Source of the DNA: Candidatus Hydrogenedentota bacterium
Lineage (GTDB): Bacteria > Hydrogenedentota > Hydrogenedentia > Hydrogenedentales > GCA-2746185
Length of the DNA: 22,932 nucleotides
Direction: 5' to 3'
Assembly: GCA_046583315.1 (NCBI GenBank)
Contig: JAYGCN010000141.1
Span: 1-22,932 of the forward strand
In this document: piece after piece, positions 1-8,240 of the stretch
Layout of the letters: the number at the start of each line of letters is the position of its first letter
Numbering within the stretch: position 1 is the stretch's first letter
Notes under the pieces: model-generated
Database searches by the model: none
Told to the model about the DNA's origin: nothing
What the model saw: the letters and a program-made list of their open reading frames with translations, nothing else
Translations under genes and position numbers: made by a program

Positions 1-686
1 ATTCGTAGCCCATCCATTTGCCGAGTCCACGCGCGATATCCGTGTACCCGCTGAAGTCGCAGTAAATCTGAAACGCGAACATCGTCATGATGATCCACCA
101 GTAGGCGGCGGAGTCCATGGGTTGGGTCATCCAAAAGGCGCGGTTGACCGTTTCGGCGAGACTGTCCGCGATAACGACTTTCTTAAAAAATCCGAAGACG
201 ATGAGCGTGGTGCCTTCCCAACGCTGCTGCTCGGTGACTTTGGGCGGCGCGGCGAGCTGTGGCAACAAATCTGCCGCGGTAGACGTCAATCGTGTAACTC
301 ATGGACCGGAAAGTGTAGAAGCTGATGCCAATCGGCAGCACGAGATGGGTCAGCGGCATCGGCTCGGCCATGCCGACGGTGTTGATCGATTCGATGAAAA
401 AGTCGAGATAATTGAAGGTGCCGAGAATGCCGACGTTGCCGAGAATGGACAGCCCGAGCAGGAATCGTTTCGCGTCCGGCCAGCGCGTCATGGCCAGTGC
501 CGCAAAGAAATCGATGAACCCGCTGGCGAGGATAAGAATGAGGAATCGCCAATCCCACCAGTCGTAAAAGAAGAATGAGGCCGCGACGAGGAAGCCCCAG
601 CGCGAGGATGAATGCCGCTTGAGCAGAGGCCAAGCCGCAAAAAACAGAGCTATAAACAGGACAAATTCGAAGGAATTGAAGAGCAT
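1..686 (-). pseudogene. algI: MBOAT family O-acyltransferase (AlgI/DltB-like), internally deleted and frameshifted; runs off the left edge
   Basis: Frame from 686 reads MLFNSFEF...FFFYDWWDWRF...LPIGISFYTFRSMSYTIDVYRG. Family similarity resumes in another frame from 277 to 2: AADLLPQL...GFFKKVVIADSLA...FQIYCDFSGYTDIARGLGKWMGYE. The conserved FPQLxAGPIxR segment between the two parts is absent. Confidence 0.85.
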
Positions 687-703
687 ATCGTTCCCCGCAG
701 CGC

Positions 704-746
704 GTAACAGGAACCAAGTTAATCAGATTCGCGACGGGGAATCAAG
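704..746. repeat. 43-bp direct repeat, copy 1
   Basis: gtaacaggaaccaagttaatcagattcgcgacggggaatcaag; 40/43 identical to 1831-1873. Confidence 0.95.
716..745 (-). promoter_or_regulatory. sigma70-type promoter inside repeat copy 1, upstream of the MBOAT gene
   Basis: Minus strand reads TTGATT-N17-TTAACT preceded by TGn (or N18-TAACTT), about 30 bp before ATG 686. The same TTGATT -35 appears at 19264. Confidence 0.55.
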
Positions 747-866
747 ATGAGGTTAGAACGGTGAACTACTTTTTTAACGCAAAGACGCAGAGGAAGAAAC
801 CGAAAACCGCCTCTTCACCTGAGTGCTGCCAGGGGTTGTTCGATTCCGCGCCCTGCGGCGATGCTC

Positions 867-1169
867 CTATTCGGTTCTTGTCCAATTATCAGGTCGATAT
901 GGCTCCATAAAGCGTTCGAAAACTTTCGAAAAACTGCCCTGAACTCTTTTCCTGTAGGCCAGAGTCAATATGAACAATACGCAAGAAACCCCTATCAAGT
1001 TTCCATGGAGGAGGGTAAAGGAAACTTTGTAGACAATTATGAGAGAGACGGCAATTCCCAATTGGAACGAGAACATCAAGTAAAAATACTTATTCCTGTA
1101 GCAAGGAAACGACTTTACTTTGTTCTCATCGTAATCGAAATTGTATGGAGAGGGATTTTTCATTTTCAT
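867..1169 (-). CDS. small hypothetical membrane protein (about 2 TM helices), AT-rich
   Basis: 100-aa ORF whose start overlaps the upstream stop (ATGA at 1166-1169). Two hydrophobic stretches (YFYLMFSFQLGIAVSLIIVY; LIGVSCVLFILTLAY) followed by basic residues RKR. Confidence 0.6.
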   Translation of the reverse strand: MKMKNPSPYNFDYDENKVKSFPCYRNKYFYLMFSFQLGIAVSLIIVYKVSFTLLHGNLIGVSCVLFILTLAYRKRVQGSFSKVFERFMEPYRPDNWTRTE

Positions 1170-1792
1170 CGGTTATTCCCATCTTCTGTTTCTATCTTCC
1201 AGGTCAACGAGTGACTGCGCTCATGGTCAATTCCTTGGTCGACAAGCTCGATAGCTGATCGTGGCCTATATGCTATATCGCGCTCATCATTCAGCAATAC
1301 AATCTCCGAGATAAAATTGTTTCCAAGATAAAACTCAATTTCGCTGTACGGGCCATCCAGAATCTTGCCCACTGGATCAACAATCCATCCCTTGTCGCCC
1401 CCAAGGTTGTATTTCAGCATCGTAAATTCGACAATCGTAAATCCAGTATCTTTTACAACCTGACCCTTTGGTTGGGGTTTGTCTTCCAGCAGATTCAGAT
1501 ACCATTTCTGCACGTTGTAAGCGTTTTTCCAATCGAAATCTTCTGGTAAGGTTCCGGGTATCAGTTCTAGAGACTTTTTAAGTTGAGGGGCATCGGTCTG
1601 AATCTCCAAATAACAGTCGGTCCTAAGGCGGTAGACTTGACCCATTTTGTAGAAATGGTGATATTGCGTGTCTTCCGTCACATCGATCTTACGTACTGAA
1701 TAACCCATGAGCGAAAAAGCAACGGTTACGCAGGAGGTGCAGGTGAAAGAAATGACGAGTGCGACGATGATGTGTTTTGCTGCTATGCCCAT
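1166..1792 (-). CDS. hypothetical exported protein, probable lipoprotein, AT-rich
   Basis: 208-aa ORF with an N-terminal K, a hydrophobic stretch and a lipobox-like Cys (…VISFTCTSC); no recognised domain. Confidence 0.7.
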   Translation of the reverse strand: MGIAAKHIIVALVISFTCTSCVTVAFSLMGYSVRKIDVTEDTQYHHFYKMGQVYRLRTDCYLEIQTDAPQLKKSLELIPGTLPEDFDWKNAYNVQKWYLNLLEDKPQPKGQVVKDTGFTIVEFTMLKYNLGGDKGWIVDPVGKILDGPYSEIEFYLGNNFISEIVLLNDERDIAYRPRSAIELVDQGIDHERSHSLTWKIETEDGNNR

Positions 1793-1830
1793 GCTGTAGT
1801 GTGTCGTAGTATGGTTGGGGTTTGCAAGGG

Positions 1831-1873
1831 GTGACAGAAACCAAGTTAATCAGATTTGCGACGGGGAATCAAG
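1831..1873. repeat. 43-bp direct repeat, copy 2 (contains the same minus-strand promoter-like motif)
   Basis: gtgacagaaaccaagttaatcagatttgcgacggggaatcaag; 3 mismatches versus 704-746, none in the TTGATT or TTAACT hexamers. Confidence 0.95.
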
Positions 1874-1914
1874 GCGGCGGGAAGACCTCCTTCTTTGTCG
1901 GGATAGGGTGCCGA

Positions 1915-2895
1915 TTAAGGAGCGGGGAGCACACCATTCATAGTGATAACCACGTTTCCGATCTTCTGCCCTTTTTCAACATACCGATACGCCTCTGAAA
2001 TATCGTCCAACGAAAAGGTTTGATCGATCACTGCCCTGAACTTTCCCTCTTCGATCAACTGCTGGATCAACAACACGCTCCCTTTACGGTTGGCCGGGAA
2101 AGGGAATATTACCTTTCTCCCGCCGAACAAGGGGGTCAGCAGTGCGAGGAAGATATTCTGGATCCAAGGCCCAAGCTCCGAGGAAATGTAAACGCCGCCC
2201 GGCTCGAGTAAACCTTTACATTGCCCAAAAGTGCTCTTACCCGCCGTGTCGAAGACGAAACTGTAGCGTTCATGATCCTGTGTGAAATCCTCCGTCAAAT
2301 AGTCTATGACCCTGCAAGCCCCCAGTGACTCGACCAATTCCTTGTGGTCCCCACTGCACACGGCCGTTACTTCGGCTCCATGATACTTCAGCAATTGAAC
2401 CGCCGCAGAACCAATTCCGCCTGTGGCCCCGTTTACAAGCACTTTTTGTCCCGCTTCGATCGTCACCTTATTGATGAAATTGACGGCGTAATGCGCGCCT
2501 TCGCTGCCGGGAGCCGCCTGTTCATAACTACTATTTTCGGGGATGATCGCGAGCGCATCGTCTTGCTCGATGCACAGGTATTCGCCGTAGGCCGCTACAC
2601 CTTCGTCATGAAACCCGAAAACTCTGTCGCCCACTTCGAAAGAAGTAACCTCTTTACCCGTCGCAACTATTTCTCCCGCAAATTCGGTTCCGAGTATAGG
2701 ATTTTTCGGCTTCAACAGGCCAGTGATAAATCGCATCACGAAGGGTTTCGCGCGTATGATGGCGCAATCTGTCCGGTTGACCGTGGCGGCATGAACGCGG
2801 ACGAGTACTTCGGTGTCGCGTGGCACAGGTTTCTCTACTTCTTCAGCACGAAGAAGGTCAGGGGAACCGTATTGGGAGCATAAAATGGCTTTCAT
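1915..2895 (-). CDS. MDR-family NAD(P)-dependent oxidoreductase (quinone oxidoreductase/RTN4I1-like, usually annotated NAD(P)-dependent alcohol dehydrogenase)
   Basis: MKAI…YGSPD…EVLVRVHAATVNRTD…ILGTEFAG…GDRVFG; Rossmann motif NGATGGIG; C-terminal VIDQTFSL…GNVVI. No GHE catalytic-zinc motif. Confidence 0.88.
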   Translation of the reverse strand: MKAILCSQYGSPDLLRAEEVEKPVPRDTEVLVRVHAATVNRTDCAIIRAKPFVMRFITGLLKPKNPILGTEFAGEIVATGKEVTSFEVGDRVFGFHDEGVAAYGEYLCIEQDDALAIIPENSSYEQAAPGSEGAHYAVNFINKVTIEAGQKVLVNGATGGIGSAAVQLLKYHGAEVTAVCSGDHKELVESLGACRVIDYLTEDFTQDHERYSFVFDTAGKSTFGQCKGLLEPGGVYISSELGPWIQNIFLALLTPLFGGRKVIFPFPANRKGSVLLIQQLIEEGKFRAVIDQTFSLDDISEAYRYVEKGQKIGNVVITMNGVLPAP

Positions 2896-3190
2896 AGTGA
2901 TTGGGCGTATTGTCCTTCGGACCAGGTCACGTAGGTCAAGCCAATGATAGCTTTTTCTGAGCCCGAATCAAACAAAACAACGGTCGTATACACTTTGAGA
3001 GAACCCAATTCGGGGATGGTGTAACAGCGATGATACGATCTGTCACAGGGTATAGTTGGACGGGATTTGGCGCTGAGATCCGCGTTGATGGTCAGGGAGA
3101 ACTGTGCGGGGCTAGACAGCTTGCATTCTTATGATAATTCGGGCAGGGTATAGGGATGTTTATGAGTTAATTTTTGGAGGAGTTGGAGCC

Positions 3191-4546
3191 ATGAATCGTT
3201 ATATCGGATTGAACAAGATTATTGTGCATGCGGCGCTGATCGCGTGTTTGGCGGTGTCCTCGTTTTCCTTCGCAGAAGGCAACTGGCCGCAGTTTCGGGG
3301 TACGGAGGCGAATCCGCAGGTGGCGGACAATCCGAATCTGCCGGAGACATGGAGCACGACGGAAAATGTGGCGTGGGCGACGGAAATTCCGGGCCTGGGG
3401 TGGTCGAGTCCGGTGGTGTGGGGCAACAAGGTATTCCTGACGACGGTGGACGCGGCGGGCGATTGGGAACGTCCGAAATCGGGACTGTACAACCCTCGCG
3501 GACGCGCGGTGCCGTTGGATATTGACCATGCGTGGATCGCATATTGCTTCGACTTGGAGACGGGCGAAAAACTCTGGGAGCGTCGTGTACATGAAGGCAA
3601 ACCTGCGACGAGTCGGCATCCGAAAAACACATACGCATCTGAAACGCCGGCCACGGACGGGGAGCGCGTGTATTTCCTGTTCGGCGATGTTGGCCTGTTC
3701 GTCTTTGACATGGATGGCAACGAAGTCTGGAAACATGAAATCACGCCGCAGAAAACCTTGAGCGACTGGGGTCCCGCGGGATCGCCAATTATCTATGACG
3801 GCATGGTCATCATGATTTACGACAACATGGAATCCTCGTGGATCGCGGCCTTCGACTGCAAGACGGGCGACATGGTGTGGAAGACGGAACGCGATGAAGT
3901 CAGCAGCTGGGCGACGCCGTATGTGTGGGAAAATGACGTGCGCACGGAAATCGTCACGAACGGCAAGAACCGGATTCGTTCGTATGATCTGAACGGGAAC
4001 TTGCTGTGGGAAATGGACGGGCGCATGTCGTGGGCCTGTATCGCCACGCCGCTATCGGACAACAATATGGTGTACGTCAATTCCGGCTATTTCATGGACA
4101 AGCATCGTCCCGTATACGCGATCAAAGCAGGTGCCAGCGGCGACATCACGCTGGGTGACGACGATACGAGCAACGAATTCGTGGCGTGGTACCAGCCTGT
4201 CGCCGGGAACTACAATACCTCTCCCCTGATTTACCGCGGCCAGTATTACAGCCTGCTCGATCGGGGTTCCATTGAAAGTTACGACCCCGCGACCGGCGAA
4301 CTTATTTTTACGCAAAAGAAAGTCGCGGAAAAAGGACGGTCGACCTTCACCGTGTCGCCGTGGGCCTACAACGGCAAGATTTTCTGCCTGAGCGAACAGG
4401 GCGAGACCTACGTGTTGGAAGCCGGGCCTGAATTCAAACTGTTGCATACGAACAGCTTGGGCGAAATGTGCATGGCGTCTCCGGCGATTCTGGATGACAG
4501 TATTGTCATTCGGACGATCTCGAAACTATATCGAATCAAGAAGTAG
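3191..4546 (+). CDS. exported PQQ-binding-like beta-propeller repeat protein (BamB-like family)
   Basis: Signal peptide followed by NWPQFRG, W…PGLGWSSPVVWG, repeated SP/TP…DG…W units. GGAG ribosome-binding site before ATG 3191 (track start 3131 is probably too long). Confidence 0.88.
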   Translation: MNRYIGLNKIIVHAALIACLAVSSFSFAEGNWPQFRGTEANPQVADNPNLPETWSTTENVAWATEIPGLGWSSPVVWGNKVFLTTVDAAGDWERPKSGLYNPRGRAVPLDIDHAWIAYCFDLETGEKLWERRVHEGKPATSRHPKNTYASETPATDGERVYFLFGDVGLFVFDMDGNEVWKHEITPQKTLSDWGPAGSPIIYDGMVIMIYDNMESSWIAAFDCKTGDMVWKTERDEVSSWATPYVWENDVRTEIVTNGKNRIRSYDLNGNLLWEMDGRMSWACIATPLSDNNMVYVNSGYFMDKHRPVYAIKAGASGDITLGDDDTSNEFVAWYQPVAGNYNTSPLIYRGQYYSLLDRGSIESYDPATGELIFTQKKVAEKGRSTFTVSPWAYNGKIFCLSEQGETYVLEAGPEFKLLHTNSLGEMCMASPAILDDSIVIRTISKLYRIKK

Positions 4547-4574
4547 CTGGCTCAATTTTCGCAGTCCCGTTGAC

Positions 4575-4603
4575 TTGTTTTGCCTTCATCGTTGGGCTAT
4601 GAT
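4575..4603 (+). promoter_or_regulatory. possible sigma70 promoter for dcd
   Basis: TTGTTT-N17-TATGAT. Confidence 0.3.
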
Positions 4604-4695
4604 CGGAGGCGTTGAGTCCGGGGGCTGAAACGCATCTGCTGTGAGATTCCGCTTCCCCCGCGAAGGTGCTGCACATTTAGGGATGTTTGAATACC

Positions 4696-5232
4696 ATGAT
4701 ATTGTCCGATCACAAAATAGAAGAATTGTTGGCGTCCGGTGACCTCGTCATCGAACCCATGAACCCCGAGCAGGTCGAACCGGCGAGCATTGATCTGCGC
4801 CTGGGATCGACCTTTCTCGTGCCGAAAGCAATCACGGGTGTGTTGTCCATGTCCGAACCTCCGGAATACGAAGAGGTGGAATCGGATATTTTTATTATTC
4901 CTGCACATGGATTCGTGTTGGGGACCACGGAAGAAGTGATTGGACTGCCGGATTATCTGACCGCTTTCGTTGAAGGACGCAGCTCTATTGGTCGAATGGG
5001 CCTCTTCATTCAAAACGCGGGATGGGTCGATCCGGGTTTCGAAGGACATATCACGCTGGAACTCTACAACGCCAACAACGCACCGATGAGAATCGAGGCC
5101 GGACGACGCATCTGCCAATTGGTGATTGCCGAAGCGGATCAGGCGGTAAAAAATCCGTACAACGGCAAATATCAGGGGCAACGTAAAGCGACGGGATCTC
5201 GCATACATCTGGATCACGAGGCGCAGAACTAG
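4696..5232 (+). CDS. dcd: dCTP deaminase
   Basis: MILSD…PASIDLRLG…EGRSSIGRMGL…AGWVDPGFEGHITLEL…ICQL…YNGKYQGQ. ATG 4696 is preferred over TTG 4687. Confidence 0.95.
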   Translation: MILSDHKIEELLASGDLVIEPMNPEQVEPASIDLRLGSTFLVPKAITGVLSMSEPPEYEEVESDIFIIPAHGFVLGTTEEVIGLPDYLTAFVEGRSSIGRMGLFIQNAGWVDPGFEGHITLELYNANNAPMRIEAGRRICQLVIAEADQAVKNPYNGKYQGQRKATGSRIHLDHEAQN

Positions 5233-5321
5233 ATCCGGTGTGACCAATCTTGTTTTCGTCTGCGTTCTTCGATATCGTGTTCTTTTGATGGTCTTATCCG
5301 ATATCTGAGGAGCGCGTACCG

Positions 5322-6998
5322 ATGAAGCAACTCCACGTCTCACTGATTGGTTTACTTATCCTGTGCACGTCGCAGGCCTTCGCCGCAAATTACGACCTGT
5401 TGATTCGCAACGGCACCCTAATTGATGGCTCCGGCGGTGAACCCGTGCAAGGGGATATCGCCGTGAATGGCGACCGCATTGCGGCAATCGGCAATCTCTC
5501 CTCAGACAATGCCGACACCGAGATTGACGCGACAGGACTGGTCGTTTCGCCGGGATTCATCAACATGCTCAGCCACGCGACAACTTCGCTGATTGTGGAT
5601 CCGAGGGGAATGAGCGACATCAAGCAGGGGGTCACGCTGGAGGTGTTCGGGGAAGCTTCGATGGGCCCAATCAGTCCAGAGCGCAAGGCCAATGCCCTAG
5701 CGGCGCAGGGCGATTATAAATATGACATGCCGTGGAATACACTCGGAGAATATCTGGACCATCTGGAAACCCGTGGCATCGCGCCAAACGTGGCTTCGTT
5801 CGTCGGTGCCTCAACGGTGCGCATGAACGTGATCGGTTTCGAGGATCGCGCACCGACTCCAGAAGAATTGGATACGATGAAAGATCAGGTGCGTGTGGCG
5901 ATGCAGGAAGGTGCGATGGGCGTTACGTCCGCGCTGATTTATGCCCCGGCTTTTTACGCGAAGACCGATGAACTCGTCGAATTGTGTAAAGTCGCATCGG
6001 AATTTGGCGGCATGTATATCGTGCACATGCGTAGCGAGGCGAACCGGATTATGGAAGCCATCGACGAGACGATCACGATTGCGCGCGAGGCGAATCTTCC
6101 GGCGGAAATCTATCATCTGAAAATGGCGGGCAAGGATAACTGGGGCAAACTGGACGCGGTCATCGAGAAAGTTGAGGCTGCGCAAAAAGGCGGACTCCGC
6201 ATCACGGCGAATATGTACAACTACACGGCTGGCGCAACGGGATTGGATGCCTCAATGCCGCCGTGGGTGCAGGAGGGCGGCTACACGGAATGGGCGCGAC
6301 GCCTCAAAGACCCCGAGATTCGCAAACGCGTCAAAAAAGAGATGAACAACCCGACGGACGAATGGGAGAATCTTTATTATGGCGCTGGATCCCCGGACAA
6401 ATTGATTCTTATTGGCTTCAAAAATCCTGACTTGAAAAAGTACACGGGCAGGACACTCGCCGAGGTCGCCCGTGAACGCGGAACCGATCCGGCGGACACG
6501 GCCATGGACCTCGTAATCGAAGATGGTAGCCGCGTGACGACGGTGTACTTTTTGATGTCCGAAGAGAACGTGAAGCGGCAGGTCGCGATTCCGTGGGTGA
6601 GTTTCGGGTCGGACGCCGGCGCACCAGCATCGGAAGGCGATTTTCTAAAGTCGAGTCAGCATCCCCGTGCCTACGGAAACTTCGCGCGACTGCTGGGTAA
6701 GTATGTGCGCGAGGAAAAAGTGATTACCCTGCAGGAAGCGGTCCGGAAACTGGCACATCTTCCAGCAACCAATCTCGGAATCACGGATCGGGGATTGCTC
6801 AAGAAGGGAAACTACGCCGACATCGTTGTGTTCGACCCGAAAACGGTGGGAGACAAGGCGACTTTTGACAATCCACATCAATATTCGGTCGGCATGCACC
6901 ACGTCATCGTCAATGGGGTACCGGTTCTGAAAGACGGCGAACACACCAACGCCACCCCCGGCAAAATTGTTCGCGGCGCGGGTTGGGTCAAACGGTAG
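5322..6998 (+). CDS. D-aminoacylase (N-acyl-D-amino acid deacylase)-like amidohydrolase with signal peptide
   Basis: YDLLIRNGTLIDGSG, IDATGLVVSPGFI, HMRSE, YHLK, GSDA, HPRAYGNF, DRGLL…ADIVVFDP; GAGGAG ribosome-binding site. Confidence 0.9.
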   Translation: MKQLHVSLIGLLILCTSQAFAANYDLLIRNGTLIDGSGGEPVQGDIAVNGDRIAAIGNLSSDNADTEIDATGLVVSPGFINMLSHATTSLIVDPRGMSDIKQGVTLEVFGEASMGPISPERKANALAAQGDYKYDMPWNTLGEYLDHLETRGIAPNVASFVGASTVRMNVIGFEDRAPTPEELDTMKDQVRVAMQEGAMGVTSALIYAPAFYAKTDELVELCKVASEFGGMYIVHMRSEANRIMEAIDETITIAREANLPAEIYHLKMAGKDNWGKLDAVIEKVEAAQKGGLRITANMYNYTAGATGLDASMPPWVQEGGYTEWARRLKDPEIRKRVKKEMNNPTDEWENLYYGAGSPDKLILIGFKNPDLKKYTGRTLAEVARERGTDPADTAMDLVIEDGSRVTTVYFLMSEENVKRQVAIPWVSFGSDAGAPASEGDFLKSSQHPRAYGNFARLLGKYVREEKVITLQEAVRKLAHLPATNLGITDRGLLKKGNYADIVVFDPKTVGDKATFDNPHQYSVGMHHVIVNGVPVLKDGEHTNATPGKIVRGAGWVKR

Positions 6999-7206
6999 AT
7001 TTCTTCAACGAGAATGCGCCACATCCATCGTTAGCTGGCGCAACCACGCATTGACGGGGTCAGCATCCGAACTCTTGTACCAATAGAGATGCATGCTCAT
7101 TGGCGGGGTATCGAAAGGTAACGGATAGGCCTTCAGCCCTGCCTGTTTCGCGAGGCAAATTCTCAAACGCTATGCCGCAGACGAGACGACCTTGGTAGCG
7201 CGATAG

Positions 7207-7557
7207 CTAATCGCTCATCAAGAGGAATTTTTTTACCAGCTTAATCTGCTTCTTGTAGGTGGTCACGAGCATTTCTTCAAGTAATTCGTTCTCGGGGTCA
7301 TCCCCGAGAGCGCCGACGATTTCGGATATCGATTTTTCGACAAGATCGAGATCACCTTCTATGTCGGCCTGAATGTCTGTGTCGTGTTCGCCCTCGTCGA
7401 TTTCCACAGTGGCGACGAGTTCAGACTTCAGTTCGGTGTATTGATTCTGAAGTTCCAGAACTTCCGGGGCTAACTGAGTCGGTGCTTCATCCATCGGTAT
7501 AGACGCATCAACAATCGGCTCAGGATCCAACATAACCGCGGGTGGCGGCGAGTCCAA
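7207..7557 (-). CDS. acidic helical domain resembling the C-terminus of anti-sigma-type membrane proteins; probably the frameshifted 3' part of 7520-8116
   Basis: Pro-rich linker followed by LDLVEKSISEIVGALGDDPENELLEEMLVTTYKKQIKLV. Overlaps the upstream ORF by 38 bp in the +1 frame, with no well-spaced ribosome-binding site. Confidence 0.55.
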   Translation of the reverse strand: MDSPPPAVMLDPEPIVDASIPMDEAPTQLAPEVLELQNQYTELKSELVATVEIDEGEHDTDIQADIEGDLDLVEKSISEIVGALGDDPENELLEEMLVTTYKKQIKLVKKFLLMSD

Positions 7558-8116
7558 TAGAAGGAAGTTGGCTCTCCTCGGTCATATACGCGATCTGGCC
7601 TATCACGAGAATCACCACCAGCAGCGCGGCATAGCGAAATCTGAAAATACGCTCGGGTTTCTTCCGGTCAACGGGTGCGATATCCTCCGTTTCGATATGC
7701 GCCTGAATCGCCCGCCACAGGGCTGGATTCGGCTCGATCGGATCGTCCTGATTCGAAAATGATTCTGTAACTACGCGCTCGATTTCTGTCGATGATATTT
7801 TTTTCGAACGTGGGGTTGATGTTTTCTTGGCGTGAAACTGATCCCAGATGGCATCTTGCATAGACTCAATCATCCAGATCCGAAAGTCGGCTTCTGCATC
7901 GACCTCGGCGAGCGTTTCCCAGACACGAATGAAGATGAGTTTCGTCAGTCGTTCCGCAACAGAGGTTTTTTCGGTTAATGCGTTGGCAGCCGAACAAACC
8001 GGGCCGACATGCAATTGATACAATTCCTTGAACGAAGCCACGTCCCCCTGCTGAGCCTTGGCAACAAGGGCGCTTAGAGATCTGGACTCGGCCTGTTGGT
8101 CTTGAGGAGTGTTCAA
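7520..8116 (-). CDS. degenerate ECF sigma region 2 fused to an anti-sigma-like juxtamembrane/TM segment, no sigma region 4 (possible pseudogene)
   Basis: LVAKAQQGDVASFKELYQLHVGPV (ECF N-terminus), AERLTKLIFIRVWETL (region 2.2-like), FRIWM (2.3-like), then EPNPALWRAIQAHI and TM segment YAALLVVILVIGQIAYM. Confidence 0.6.
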   Translation of the reverse strand: MNTPQDQQAESRSLSALVAKAQQGDVASFKELYQLHVGPVCSAANALTEKTSVAERLTKLIFIRVWETLAEVDAEADFRIWMIESMQDAIWDQFHAKKTSTPRSKKISSTEIERVVTESFSNQDDPIEPNPALWRAIQAHIETEDIAPVDRKKPERIFRFRYAALLVVILVIGQIAYMTEESQLPSIGLAATRGYVGS

Positions 8117-8240
8117 GGGTAAATCTTTCCGTTGTCATCACACGAATACAACGGTTTGGATCGGTTTTCGGTATTCTAGCAAATTAAGACTGTGTATTGG
8201 ACCAGAATATTCACAATACCGTGTCAGGCGACCCCAATAA

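Noticed and set aside
117..578. 153-aa plus-strand ORF
   Set aside because: Antisense shadow of the MBOAT gene with no recognisable motifs.
861..1214. 117-aa plus-strand ORF in the cassette
   Set aside because: Antisense to the coupled minus-strand pair, which has the ATGA overlap and plausible topology. Not fully excluded.
704..1873. Integron attC/attI, dif site or CRISPR interpretation of the 43-bp repeat
   Set aside because: Only two copies 1.1 kb apart, no extended internal palindrome, a poor match to XerC/D arms, and no integrase or cas gene in the window.
2925..2939. AGGTCA-cgt-AGGTCA direct repeat upstream of the MDR gene
   Set aside because: Could be an operator, but it is too short to distinguish from chance and no regulator gene is nearby.
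4604..4695. Possible riboswitch in the dcd leader
   Set aside because: No known aptamer consensus recognised; an Rfam/Infernal scan would be needed.
4597..5343. 248-aa minus-strand ORF
   Set aside because: Antisense to a clear dcd and overlapping the next gene's start.
6999..7206. Convergent intergenic region with short inverted repeats (tgcgcca/tggcgca; tgcct/aggca)
   Set aside because: Stems are short with long loops and no U-tail, so neither a terminator nor an ncRNA can be supported.
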